NCBI RefSeq assembly: GCF_006345805.1
Contig: NC_043017.1
Coordinates: 26,474,001 to 26,538,000, forward strand
From: Octopus sinensis
Lineage: Eukaryota
Length of the DNA: 64,000 nucleotides
Direction: 5' to 3'
The notes beneath the pieces are model-generated. The model had not been told where the DNA came from, did no database searches, and saw nothing but the letters and a program-made list of their open reading frames with translations. The translations under genes and the position numbers were made by a program. Of this stretch, positions 1 to 11,723 are shown one piece after another (the first letter of the stretch is position 1; every line of letters starts with the position of its first letter).

Positions 1-738
1 CCTAAGGCCAAAATATCCTTAATTGGTTCTGAAGTCATGTCAGCCACTGGCCTGATGAAATGTAAAGGTCGGTTAGTTTTGTGCAACAGGAACATCAAAT
101 AAATATTCATAATTATATATATTATATATATATATATATTATGTATATTGGTGTGTGTGTATATGTTTCTGAATGTGCATACACACACAGACTTGCTAGC
201 AGCATGCATTCATGCATACATACACATGTGTGTTTGTGAGCACACACCGACCCACACACATGCGCCCAAACAAACAAAAAGAATGAGGCACGGATGTTAG
301 ATTACTGAAAAGGTTGCAAGACTCAACGAAAATTTTTGGAAAAATAAATAAGTGGAAGTTTTAAATAATAAGGTGCTAAAAGAAAGTGACTCTCACCAGG
401 CACAATAAAATATGCTTCATGACACGAACTCACATGCAGAATCTTGCCAGCCAAATCTAAAAATGAAGTATATTTCACGCTGTTGGAATTTTAATACATA
501 AAACTCTAAGGCGTATTCAAATCAATTTTTAAACATACTATGTCTCATTTTGTTCTGTCTGATGTTTCGGCGTTGATCTTCTTGGTGTGTAGTGTATTTT
601 ACGTATGAGGCCTAAGGCCAAAATATCCTAATTGGTTCTGAAGTCATGTCAGCCACTGGCCTGATGAAATGTAAAGGTCGGTTAGTTTTGTGCAAACAGG
701 AACATCAAATAAATATTCATAATTATATATTATTATAT
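1..738. repeat. Direct repeat: 1-~128 recurs at 611-738 (period 610)
   Basis: cctaaggccaaaatatcc...ggaacatcaaataaatattcataattatata occurs twice, nearly identical; the first unit is cut by the window edge. Confidence 0.85.
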
Positions 739-741
739 ACG

Positions 742-1003
742 AATGGCTCTCTGGATAGAATATGGGATTCACAGGCATGAGGTGGTGATTTCGATTGCCG
801 AACTGGACTGTCTGTTGTATTCTTGAGCAAGATATTTTATTTCACGTTGCTCCAGTTCACTCAGCTTTTAGAAATGAGTTGCGACGTTACTGGTGCATGG
901 GTTTGTCTTTCATAACAGCAGGTCTTCCATAAACAACCTTGCCCTAACTTGTGCCTGCTACGAGAGTCTTGTAGGTGTGATCACATGGTTAGTCATAATG
1001 GAA
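742..1003 (+). mobile_element. Degenerate, internally deleted SINE (family G)
   Basis: cttgagcaaga...ttgctccagttcactcagc...aatgagttgcgacg core and gtcttccataaacaaccttgccc tail, shared with 58625-58955. Confidence 0.7.
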
Positions 1004-1375
1004 GGTGGAGCTTTACGCTTACCCTCCTCGTGAGGATGAGAGGAGAGAAAAGGAGAAAGACAAAGGTATTTACAATGATAACGAAGTATTCGTAGGTAGT
1101 AAGCGCATGTGTCTGTATGTTTTGGAGGTAGGGAAGTTGATGCCAGTGGAATGGAAAGGCTGGGAGAGAATCTAGCAAAAACTGTCTGACGAACGGGAAC
1201 GTGAAACTCAGAGTAACAAATTTTGTTGAATTTTCTGCTGCATTTAAATAAAGCATATTACTCTACCACTGGTATTTGAGTACTCTTTTTTCCACCTTGT
1301 TTCACATTTATGTGTTTACTCCGGTTCCAAATCCAAATTAAGAAATTTTGAGCTGACGAAAGAAATGCTGATTTT
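1004..1375 (+). mobile_element. PLE terminal (pLTR) relic
   Basis: Carries an HHR motif, then aataaa; 1175-1320 matches 17101-17243. Confidence 0.65.
1183..1218 (+). ncRNA. Minimal type I hammerhead ribozyme motif
   Basis: tgt-CTGACGA-acg(ggaa)cgt-GAAA-ctc(a)gag-TA/aca: intact core, 3-bp stems I and II, near-loopless stem III, GUA triplet, predicted cleavage after 1215. Confidence 0.8.
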
Positions 1376-1687
1376 ATTTGGCTAATCTTGAAACGTTGAC
1401 GTACTCAAACGATCTATGTACTTGTGATATTTTTCTGTATTTACCCCCAAACCTTCGTGAGCTGTCTGGAGTAAACATTATCTGAGAGAAATTTTCTTTA
1501 AGTAGTAGAAATGCTAAGAAAAAAATTTTTTGGCTGCTATTTCTACTAAGTTCAGTATGTGGCAAAGTAATTTATTTTACTAAGCCCTAATATATAATGT
1601 AATATTTTGAATTCGCCTTAAATGGTCCTTTACATACTGAACACTTGGTGAAATTGATTAATTAATTAATTTTACCCTCAATTGTTG

Positions 1688-1689
<2 letters not shown>

Positions 1690-1768
<79 letters not shown>

Positions 1769-1770
1769 TA
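1690..1770. repeat. (TA)n microsatellite
   Basis: Direct reading. Confidence 0.95.
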
Positions 1771-2074
1771 CATACATTCCATTTATAACTTATTATCAAC
1801 TTTAATGTTTTCTTATAGAGAAAGAGAAGGAGTGCAGATTTACAGTGAGTAATTGTTTTTTGATATGTTCATGCCATGTTTTATCCGTATGCACAGTCAT
1901 ATATGTGTGATTGTGTGTGTGTCTGTGTGTGTGTGTGTAAGTGTGTATATGCGCCTGTGTGTATGTGTCAATAAATTTCATGTAATCTTTTAAAGACTTC
2001 TGGTAAATGTATCCTAATTGATATTTGTTCAAGATGGCGACTTTTCATGGTGTGATGTAACATTGATAAATATA

Positions 2075-2235
2075 CAGGAGTGACTGTGTGGCAAGTAGCT
2101 TGCTAACCAACCACATGGTTCCGGGTTCAGTCCCACTGCGTGGCATCTTGGGCAAGTGTCTTCCACTATAGCCCCGGGCCTACTAATGCCTTGTGAGTGG
2201 ATTTGATAGACGGAAACTGAAAGAAGCCTGTCGTA

Positions 2236-2290
<55 letters not shown>

Positions 2291-2487
2291 TTGTTCCCTT
2301 AGCATTGGTTGACAACCGATGCTGGTGTGTTTACGTCCCCGTTACTTAGCAGTTCGGCAAAAGTAACCGATAGAATAAGTACTGGGCTTACAAAGAATAA
2401 ATCCCGGGGTCGATTTGCTCGACTAAAGGCGGCGCTCCAGCATGGCCGCCGTCAAATGACTGAAACAAGTAAAAGAAAAAGAAAAGA
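2075..2487 (+). mobile_element. tRNA-derived SINE family A, near full length
   Basis: caggagtgactgtgtgg...ggttccgggttcagtccc head, central (TA)n(TG)n, 3' tgactgaaacaagtaaaag tail; about 16 copies in the window. Confidence 0.9.
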
Positions 2488-2747
2488 ATACATCCCCCTG
2501 TAAGATCCGATTTGAAATAATTTTTTTTTCTGGAAGGCATAGCTAAATGTGATATACTGAACCTATCTGATTTGGTGTATCGCGGGATTTGAGAAAGTGA
2601 AGGAAACGTAAAAACCTGTTGAAAAATTGCTGCGTTCTTCCGGACGTAACTTTGCAACGAAAAGTCGTACTCCATGGTTTACCATCCAAACTTTCAGATC
2701 TCCGCATCAATCTTCCCTTGCCCAAGCTATGTTTCCATTATTTAATA

Positions 2748-3131
2748 CTAGCAGTATCGCCCGGCGTTGCTCAGGTTTGTAAGGGAAATAACTATAAAGC
2801 ATTTTTAGAGAGTTATAGCCAAAAAATAGCAAAAAAATGGAAAAAAATTATGGTAATTTTTTTTTTTTAGTTAAAAGAGGTGGAGTTGCGTCCCCTAGAC
2901 AGTTTGCGGTTTGTGTTTCTGATTCTCGACCCCATGTCGAATTTATCTATTTTTTTCAGAACTGGGGTAACTTTTCAAAATTTTCGCTGCGTTAGTTTGG
3001 AATTATGACATTGGGCTATGTGTGTGTCAAGTTTCATCAGAATCGGTTGAAAGCCGTGGTCAGGGTGAGGGTACAAGCAAACAGACACACAGAAACACGC
3101 ACAGACAAACTGCCGTTTATATAGAGAGAGA
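2748..3131 (-). mobile_element. Non-autonomous Helitron
   Basis: Minus strand starts TC and ends hairpin+CTAG, inserted at A^T; terminal ~130 bp shared with 17673-17969. Confidence 0.7.
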
Positions 3132-3269
3132 TTTTCATAGACACACTAATCTCCCTGTTACTTCGAAAGGGGTGAAAAACATTATTACCCTATAAGACAT
3201 CTATTATATATAGAACGTAGGTTTAGTTGCATACGGGAGTTGGACGAAAATCTCTTTTAATCTGCGCAG

Positions 3270-3296
3270 AAAGTGCCATGAAACGATGCCATGGAG
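3270..3296 (+). CDS. Candidate micro-exon E1 (27 nt; KCHETMPW, phase 2-2)
   Basis: tctcttttaatctgcgcag acceptor, GAG|gtaatt donor. Confidence 0.3.
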
Positions 3297-3617
3297 GTAA
3301 TTCCTCGTGATTTATAATTGATATTTAAGCATATAAAATATGTATACCTTGACAGTCCCCATCTAAGTTTCTGGATATTTTACAATTCCTCATTCCTTGG
3401 GGTACTGAATTGAACTTCATTTTGAACAAATTTTGTGACCTAGGGTTTTTCCAGATTTTGTACGTTTTCTGTGTTTACACCAAAGAAAATACACATCGTG
3501 CATATATATTTATTTCTGAAATAGATCCGATGATTTCGTTGTAACAGCAGATATTTTAAGACGATACAAATATTTACATCAAAATTCCTTTTCTAAGACT
3601 CGTATAGCCTTTACGCG

Positions 3618-3865
3618 TGGAGGCGCAATAGCCCAGTGGTTAGGGCAGCGGACTCGCGGTCATAGGATCGCGGTTTCGATTCCCAGACCGGGCGTTGTGA
3701 GTGTTTATTGAGCGAAAACACCTAAAACAAAATCTCCACGAGGCTCCGGCAGGTGATGGTTGTGATCCCTGCTGTACTCTTTCACCACAACTTTCTCTCA
3801 CTCTTACTTCCTGTTTCTGTTGTACCTGTATTTCAAAGAGCCGGCCTTGTCACTCTCTGTGTCAC
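3618..3865 (+). mobile_element. SINE family D, 3'-truncated by the following LINE fragment
   Basis: ggaggcgcaatagcccagtggttagggcagcgg head; matches 47563-47943 and 53661-54043. Confidence 0.85.
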
Positions 3866-3869
3866 GACA

Positions 3870-4214
3870 CTGGGAAAATAATAAGATTATATCATCACAC
3901 CAGAACCTATCGAAAGAGCTGTTCTTCACTCCTGCTCCAGATCGCCGGCTGCGGGGTCATTCCGAAAAGCTCTATCTGCGACGATTTCATCTCAATCGAA
4001 GGAGAGGGGATTTCTCCGTCCGGGTTGCGGATACGTGGAATAAGCTGCCGGACGAGATGGTGAGGATGCCGACGACCGCTCGGTTCAAAGTCTCCCTTGA
4101 CCACAAGTGGCCTGAACTCTTTACATGAACACCACCCTGTACATAACTCCATGTCCCCCTACATGGCCTTGCTTTTTGCTTTTTGAGCCAAAAATTAACT
4201 AACTAACTAACTAA
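3870..4214 (+). mobile_element. CR1/L2-type LINE 3' fragment
   Basis: ORF 3820-4128 ends LRGHSEKL...FSVRVADTWNKLP...FKVSLD, typical of the CR1-group ORF2 C-terminus; (AACT)n tail at ~4198-4214. Confidence 0.75.
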
Positions 4215-4560
4215 GAACAAACAACTGGGAAGAAGGGTGTGTGTGGGTGTGCCGAGCAATTGTTGTCGTGTGTGAGTAGAAGATGGACTCAGATTCAATG
4301 TGGCTGGATTACAAAAACACCTTTGACTCTGTCCCCCACTCATGATGCTAGATGACCTTCGACTTGCTAAAGTTACAGTGAGCATAGCCAAAGCCATAAA
4401 TAACCTGAATTCATCGTGGGCCACCATCTTGATTTAAATACAAGGAATGTTTGTAATATCAGTGATGGAATACAGTATCGCAGAGGTATAGGTCCTTTAT
4501 ATATTCTGGAAACCCTTTCATATGTAATGAGAAAGATCCTTGTTGTATCTAGGATATAGG
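4215..4560 (+). mobile_element. Decayed non-LTR reverse transcriptase fragment (R4/Dong-like)
   Basis: GCAEQLL (4245-4265), WLDYKNTFDSVPHS (4301-4342) and IQYRRGI (4470-4490), with stops and frameshifts. Confidence 0.65.
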
Positions 4561-5284
4561 GTTGGCATTTGGTCACGGTGCATGTTGCTATATAGTTGTG
4601 AAAAGAGGGAAATTGTGAACAAGACTAGCAGATACCCATCAATGACGTATCTGTTTCCCTTATTCTGATGAGGAGTGTTGCAGGTACTTAAGGGTAGGTT
4701 GAAGCTTGCATCGACTACATACGAAGCTCACACAATTAAAGTATGGATATTTTATCATTTCGAGTTGCTCCTTAAGGTAAATCAGAATGAGAATGAGTAG
4801 AATCAAATTTCAATAAACCACTCTTTCTATATGGTTTGGCCAATATCGTTAAAACCAAAATACTGAAAAACTTACTAGCATTTTGCTTGTTCTCCATCAA
4901 CTATATCCTCATTTAATTTGTCTTTCTAGGAATATGGTAGTTGACTGATATACATACCAATGAAATAGTATCGGTAAATTGGTTTTCGACAAATTTCCTA
5001 GGTCACAAAACGACTTCTGTATGAAAAGGTTATATGCACATAGTTTTTCGCCACAATATAAGTGGTTGCTGTTAGGAAGGAGAGTAGTAAATTTGCTTTC
5101 AATAGAAGAACGTTCAGAAGCGTGATATCATATGCTTTTTTCATTACGCTTTTTGTTGATGTATGAAAGTAATCGAAATGATATAAAGTAACAATTACTT
5201 CTAATATCTTACATCTGTTACTTATAATATTACTGCTTATTTATATCTTAAAACTGATGAAATATATTTATTTTCTAATTACAG

Positions 5285-5323
5285 ACTCTCAACAAAATTC
5301 CTCGATTTCTTTGGGGAATTAGT
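5285..5323 (+). CDS. Candidate micro-exon E2 (39 nt)
   Basis: ttttctaattacag acceptor, gtaagt donor; open in phase 0 (TLNKIPRFLWGIS) and phase 2 (LSTKFLDFFGEL). Confidence 0.45.
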
Positions 5324-5874
5324 GTAAGTAGATTTATAAATATATTCTGTATATAAAACTTAAAATGAAATTATATTTATCACAATAATGTTATTATACT
5401 TTAGCATTCATGAACATAAGCAATTTCATTCGTTATATTTAAACACATTTCATATTACGTAAACTGGCATGAATGAAAATTCATAATATACATGCATTCA
5501 CAAACTTAGATATATTGAAGAGCTTTTTTTTGTTGTGTGTCTGTACACATAGGTCTGTACGTCTTTAGTTTCGACATCAAACACTCAGAAGGCTAAAAGT
5601 AACAAACAGATCGAGGTGTTCGAGTCGGTTCATTGAATACCGGAATCGAACGCATAGGTTATAAATCTCCCTGTATTATCATTTTTACAGATAACAAAAT
5701 ATTATTGTTTCTTTAATCCCATACACCGACGCACTCAGTCATGCACGCAGAAGGAGACAGATGTACTCACATACACACAGACACACAGACACACAAACAT
5801 GCAAACAAACGCACGTAAATGCACACAAACACGCATATGGAGAATACATACATATAAACGTACACATATACATA

Positions 5875-6192
5875 GGCGCAGGAGTGGCTGTGTGGTAAGT
5901 AGCTTGCTAACCAACCACATGGTTCCGGGTTCAGTCCCACTGCATGGCATCTTGGGCAAATGTCTTCTGCTACAGCCCCGGGCCGACCAATGCCTTGTGA
6001 GTGGATTTGGTAGACGGAAACTGAAAGAAGCCTGTCGTATATATGTATATATATACATGTGTGTATTTGTGTGTTTGTGTGTCTGTGTTTGTCCCCCTAG
6101 CATTGCTTGACAACCGATGCTGGTGTGTTTACGTCCCCGTCACTTAGCGGTTCGCTAAACAAGTAAAAGAGTAAAGAGTAAAGAGTAAGAGT
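5875..6192 (+). mobile_element. SINE family A with a 3' internal deletion
   Basis: Head and microsatellite intact; cggttcgc joined directly to taaacaagtaaaagag. Confidence 0.9.
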
Positions 6193-6429
6193 ATATACAT
6201 ACGCACACACACAAAAGCTGTATCTGATTTCCATTTCGTCCAGCTGTCTCTTACCTAGATACATTCGTATACGAACATGCACCACAATGGATAGCAAGGA
6301 AACTCACACACGCACACACAAATACACACACACCTGCATATTGATTAATTGACTCGTTGACTGATTAGTTAATTAATTGAAAATCTGTATAGAATGAAAG
6401 TTTATTATACATTTTAATCTCTTTTTCAG

Positions 6430-6465
6430 GGAAGAGGACTTCTTGGAATCGGTTCCGGTCGAAAA
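6430..6465 (+). CDS. Candidate micro-exon E3 (36 nt)
   Basis: ttttaatctctttttcag acceptor, AA|gtaagt donor; phase 2 EEDFLESVPVE, phase 0 GRGLLGIGSGRK. Confidence 0.5.
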
Positions 6466-6721
6466 GTAAGTTTTGAATCTTTAATTCACTCTTCTCTTGC
6501 ATCGATACGCAATGCATTTCCTAACACACATTCATATGTCATAGTTACCCACAGGTCGTGCACTTTGAAAGTGAATGAGGGATTTTGAAGGTCGTATATA
6601 GGCAGCATTTCAGTCAATCTGATAACTTTACGCTCACTGTTCTTTCTCACCTCTTGAAGGAACTCTTCTGACGAAGAGACAACGGCATTTTGGAGTCGCA
6701 TTGCGGAATCCACATGATGAA

Positions 6722-7140
6722 AGGCGGCGAGCTGGCAGAAACGTTAGCGTGCCGGGCGAAATGCTTAACGGTATTTTGCCTGCCGTTACCTTCTGAGTTC
6801 AAATTCCGCCTAGGTCGACTTTGCCTTTCATTCTTTCGGGGTCGATAAATTAAGTACCTGTTACGCACTGGGGTCGATGAAATCGACTTAATACCTATGT
6901 CTGTCCTTGTTTGTTCCCTCTGTGTTTAGCCCCTTGTGGGTAATAAAGAAATAGGAATTTTGCCTGCCGTTACGTTCTAAGTTCAAATTCCGCCTAGGTC
7001 GACTTTGCCTTTCATCCTTTCGGGGTCGATAAATTAAGTACCAGTTACGCAGTGGGGTTGATGTAATCGACTTAATCCGTTTGTCTGTCCTTGTTTGTTC
7101 CCTCTGTGTTTAGCCCCTTGTGGGTAGTAAAGAAATAGGT
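6722..7140 (+). mobile_element. SINE family B: head plus two tandem ~184-bp units
   Basis: aggcggcgagctggcagaaacgttagc head; the gtcgactttgcctttcat...aaagaaatagg unit occurs twice. Confidence 0.9.
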
Positions 7141-7393
7141 ATTCCCATGACTAACTAAACTGGAAGTCGATAGCTCCAATTTCTCTCCCCGCGGGGTTGG
7201 TGTGAGCAGAACGGTATCAGCTGAAGACCCACGAGTCTTTGGCGTTCGTCGCTGAAACTGGGAACGACTTCGATACGTTGCAGAATACGTCGCTGACAGA
7301 CGTGCATGGACGGTCTGGCACGTGACGCGGCGGACTCAATCGGAGCCGGCTTAAGCCCTTGTGGGTGACTATCGATACAAGACAATACAATAC
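7141..7393 (+). mobile_element. Unclassified element X fused to the SINE B tail
   Basis: Near-identical copy at 38866-39106, also directly after aaagaaataggt; ends in atacaagacaatacaa. Confidence 0.7.
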
Positions 7394-7516
7394 CGATATC
7401 AGTGTCCACTTGTATTCATATGATTATCTAAACTCACGAATGATTTTTCTCTCTCTAATATGATATCAAAGTTTCAACATTCGGATATAATTTCATTTAT
7501 TTGTCTTCGTTTTCAG

Positions 7517-7543
7517 GGTACAAAATATCAAAGACTGGGATAG
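7517..7543 (+). CDS. Candidate micro-exon E4 (27 nt; VQNIKDWD, phase 2-2)
   Basis: ttgtcttcgttttcag acceptor, AG|gtaagt donor. Confidence 0.5.
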   Translation, partial: GTKYQRLG

Positions 7544-7828
7544 GTAAGTCGTTTATAATTCAAATACCTTTTTATGCTTTGGCCTGCTTTTTTGCAAATT
7601 TGAATGTGTATAAATTCACACATACATATCTTTGAATGTATATGTGTGTTTGTATGAATGTGTGTATGTATGGACAATATTTATGGAAGTGTAAATATAG
7701 GGACACTTCAATCACGTCATTTGAATTTCAAAAATTCTGTCCAATTCCTTTTCCGGACAGTAGTCTTAATATCCGGTTTATAGTGTTCCTGTAAGATGAC
7801 CTTTCTCCTTTGACCCCCTATATTTCAG

Positions 7829-7847
7829 AAAGCTGAACACATGACAG
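7829..7847 (+). CDS. Candidate micro-exon E5 (19 nt; KAEHMT, open only in phase 0)
   Basis: ccccctatatttcag acceptor, CAG|gtaata donor. Confidence 0.35.
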
Positions 7848-8644
7848 GTAATACAAGTTTTATACTCTTTCCTCTAGAGTTCCATTTTAAATAAAACTTA
7901 ATCCAACCGATTGGTCCTAGATTACATCAGCAAATAAATTCGAAGAATTTTATTTACACAGTGATATTTTCTTAGGGCTTCTGTCGGTAGCAAATATTTG
8001 AAATTCGTATTTTCCTAATATATCAATGTTTTGGGAATATTACAGACCAATTTCATTCAAAAACATATATTAATTAATAAAAATGTTGTACTGTTCCCAA
8101 CGTTACAGCAATACAAATGAATGAAAGATTACAGTATATTTTCCTCAACTAGGCAATGAAAATAATGAAAGTAAGGTTGAGGCGAAGTTTTTGCTACGGG
8201 ATTCGAAAGCTTAAGTTGAAAACACTGTTTAACGACATGTTTCTGGCACATATTTGCTGTTGCCACGCTAGGATCGAAGAGAATTCGGCTATATATTTTG
8301 ATTAAATCTGGACATTGTCGAAGAATCCAGCAAACCAAAACCCGATGCTGTTAAGCATTTAAACAAATGAGATCTTTGGAAACAAACGACGGATACGGCA
8401 GACGACTGTTAGACAAACGTTTAATGGCAATCAAGTATTGAGACCACTCAGTCAGAAGTGGACAAATATCAAACGATATGTCTGAGTAAGCAGCCCAACA
8501 GGCATGGAACATACTACATTGAAGCCAATATGAGACGGAAGCATTTTTCCAGTTTCACATGCGAACAATTAAAGCAAACGATGAATGATTCTAATACAAA
8601 CACTACTATAGAAGGCATAAAAGTATTTTCTGATATTTAATATC

Positions 8645-8876
8645 TATTTCTTTACTACCGACAAGGGGCTAAACGCAGAGAGGACAAACAAGGACAGACA
8701 AACAGATTAAGTCGATTATATCGACCCCAGTGCGTAACTTGTACTTATTTAATCGACCCCGAAAGGATAAAAGGTAAATCAACCTCGGCGGAATTTGAAC
8801 TCAGAACGTAACGGCAGACGAAATACGGCTACGCGGTTCGCCCGGCGTGCTAAGGTTTCTGCCAGCGCGCCGCCTC
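8645..8876 (-). mobile_element. SINE family B single-unit copy with 17-bp TSD
   Basis: ttctgatatttaatatc at 8628-8644 and 8877-8893. Confidence 0.9.
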
Positions 8877-9578
8877 TTCTGATATTTAATATCATCGCCA
8901 AGTATTATTCGTATGAATTTTATTGGGTTTATATATCCGTCGCCTTATAAATTTACCATTTATTGACATAAGCTCCATTCGATTTCGACGTAGGATCGTT
9001 TGAAAGAGAGTATTCGATGTTAAAGCGAATAATAGAAAGAAAAAAACACACAGGGAAAAGAGAAACACATTTTGAAAAAGAAAAAGAAAGAAAACCTAAG
9101 AAGCTCTATTTATTCGATGTGTGAACATGATTTGAGTCCACGCATGAAGGCGCAATGGTGACGCAGACGATTGTGATTTTGTCTGGGATTGGACAAATGT
9201 TTCTGTTGGTTGCAGGATATAGTAATTCAATTGTTCTTTTTACATATTTTACACCATGTAGATCGATCTAGGAAAAGAACAATAGAAGATCTACATCATG
9301 CAGCAAATAAATACAGTTGCCGGATTTCATGCAGAATTACATCAACACCGTCCCCATTGCGATTTCATAGCAAAATCCAAAGCTTGGACTTAAATTACAT
9401 TTACACATTCATTGCAAACAAATTTTACACAGTACATACTTAAAATTCTTTTTTTAAATGCAATAACAATATTCCTATTAGTAACTTTAGAACCGGATCT
9501 GAATTCACTCAGTTACACTTTATATTGCGGTAGCTACAAGTAATATACTGAAAACATAACTCCCCCAAAATCTACCAT

Positions 9579-9985
9579 ACTCTTTTACTCTTTTCCTTGT
9601 TTCAGTCGTATGACTGCGCCATGCTGGAGCACTGCCTTTAGTCGAGCAACTCGACCCCGGGACTTATTCTTTTTGTAAGCCCAGTACTTATTCTATCGGT
9701 CTCTTTTTGCCGAACCGCTAAGTGACGGGGACGTAAACACACCAGCATCGGTTGTCAAGCAATGCTAGGGGAACAAACACAGACACACAAACACACACAC
9801 ATACACATACCCATATACACATATATACGACAGGCTTCTTTCAGTTTCCGTCTACCAAATCCACTCACAGGGCATTGGTCGGCCCGGGGCTATAGCAGAA
9901 GACACTTGCCCAAGATGCCACGCAGTGGGACTGAACCCGGAACCATGTGGTTGGTTAGCAAGCTACTTACCACACATCCACTCCT
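9579..9985 (-). mobile_element. SINE family A
   Basis: Reverse complement of the family A consensus. Confidence 0.9.
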
Positions 9986-10104
9986 ATTTGTCGTTTTTAT
10001 AAATGCACGCACACACATACACACACACACACACACACACATACACACACACACACACACACACGCAGGCATTATATTCAAATATTGATTACAAGAATGT
10101 TCAG

Positions 10105-10153
10105 AATCCGGAAAACAAACGTACGGAGCAACGGTGACGCACTTGCATGTCAG
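10105..10153 (+). CDS. Candidate micro-exon E6 (49 nt)
   Basis: CAG|gtatgc donor; acceptor lacks a good pyrimidine tract. Confidence 0.25.
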
Positions 10154-10623
10154 GTATGCTTATAATTTAATACATCGAAATAAACGGAAATACACGAAAT
10201 AGGGAAACCTGCACCAAGTTCTGTTTTAGCATATATACTCTTAATCATTAAAAAATAAATTCCTATTTGTTTCATATTGAAATAACAAAAAAGAAACCGG
10301 ATTTGATTTTGGTGATCTCCTTATAAGGACATTGTCCTTATGACAGTGGTTTCTGTTCAACTTAAGTGTATTCAAAATGGATAATTTACATGCACAGACG
10401 AGCACACATACTAACAATTATTTGAATGGCCACTTATAATTCAATTTGGAGTCTCTGAAAAATTGTATAATCTTAACAATTATAGATTTTTGACAATTAA
10501 TATCCCTTCCAAATTATTAAAATTTGAACACCCCTGCCAATATTTCTTTCCCTCTTTCCAAAACTTTAATACAACTAATTATAACAAAATACAACTAAAT
10601 TATAATGAAACTTTACATTTTAG

Positions 10624-10677
10624 TCGAAACATAAGGACGGAAGATACCATCAGTGTTCTCATAAACGACATGCGTTT
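10624..10677 (+). CDS. Candidate micro-exon E7 (54 nt; RNIRTEDTISVLINDMR, phase 2-2)
   Basis: actttacattttag acceptor, gtaagt donor. Confidence 0.4.
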
Positions 10678-11189
10678 GTAAGTATACATTTATAATTTAT
10701 TATAATTTATTATAATTTATCATAACCAGTGAATTAATACTAAAACGCACATAATAGGAACAACATTTTGACAGTGTTAAATTCAATCATTTTTAATAGT
10801 CAATCAATGCGTGAAACATGCAAGTAACACTAGTACATTAAGGCATTTCAAATTGTTTATTTCTTTTGAGTTCAGCAAAACATTTCCAATTTCATATTCT
10901 CTCTTGATGACTTCATTTTCTGTAATTATTTTATTAATTTTAAATGTGTCAGTCATTTGACTTACGTTTTAGGCATTGGGGAGGCACATCGTCAGAATTG
11001 TAAAAAATTGGTGCTATTACATTTTGCGCCTGTCAGGTCTGATTGACTTATTGTTCGGAAAGTATCGCGAGGAAGTAATAAGGGGGGTAAGAAATTGTGT
11101 TTATTGTGGATGGATCAGTGGGGAAGAAACTATGTAGGGGGGAATCAAGAGGGTGGATAGCTATAAGAATAAGAGGGAGAAAGGGAAGG

Positions 11190-11325
11190 AGGTGTGGAAA
11201 AGGAATAGAAGGAGCGCGAAAGGGAAGAAACGGAAGAAGGAGAAGGAGAAGAAGGAGAGAAAGAAGGAGAAGAAGAAGAAGAAGAAGTGAAGGAGAGGAA
11301 GAAGAAGACGGAGAGGAAGAAGCGT
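11190..11325. repeat. Purine-rich (GAA/GGA) simple repeat
   Basis: Direct reading. Confidence 0.9.
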
Positions 11326-11399
11326 ACATCTATGGCCGGTTTTATCATGATTGCTCCGAGCGGCGTGAATCTGCGACAACCAGAAGAAACCACCTCAAA

Positions 11400-11723
11400 T
11401 CTGTGAAGAGGGTATTTTCAAGTTAAAGGAAAGATGGACACGCATTGTGTAACAAAATGTTTCATATTTGCTGATATCTAGCAAGCGGGGCCTCATATCA
11501 GTGAGTTGGGGGGCGGTACGCATTGATGCCGTCGAGAGGTAGGCCCCGAAACGGCGGGCATTCTCTCCTGATGACACTTGCTAGCTTCCGGTATACGGAG
11601 CTTTTAACTGGTAGCACTTGCATGTGCAAGTTGTTTGCAAGACACCAAATGCAATGGCAAGTATTTATTGCCCTTTTTCTTTCCTTTCAAAATCGGCACG
11701 AACTTTCCGGACAAGCCAATGTA
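11400..11723 (+). mobile_element. Mariner-like transposon 3' relic
   Basis: EGIFKLKERWTRIV*QN (11408-11458) resembles the mariner transposase C-terminus; TIR-like aaatcggcacgaactttccggacaagccaatgta at ~11689-11723. Confidence 0.5.

Noticed and set aside
541-720. HHR from CTGATGA (661) and minus-strand CGAAACATC
   Set aside because: The motifs are on opposite strands and no stems can form
4665-4790. CTGATGA at 4665 and 43738 as HHR cores
   Set aside because: No GAAA or stem III partner at a usable position
11097-11426. Arg/Glu-rich 109-aa ORF
   Set aside because: Produced by the purine simple repeat
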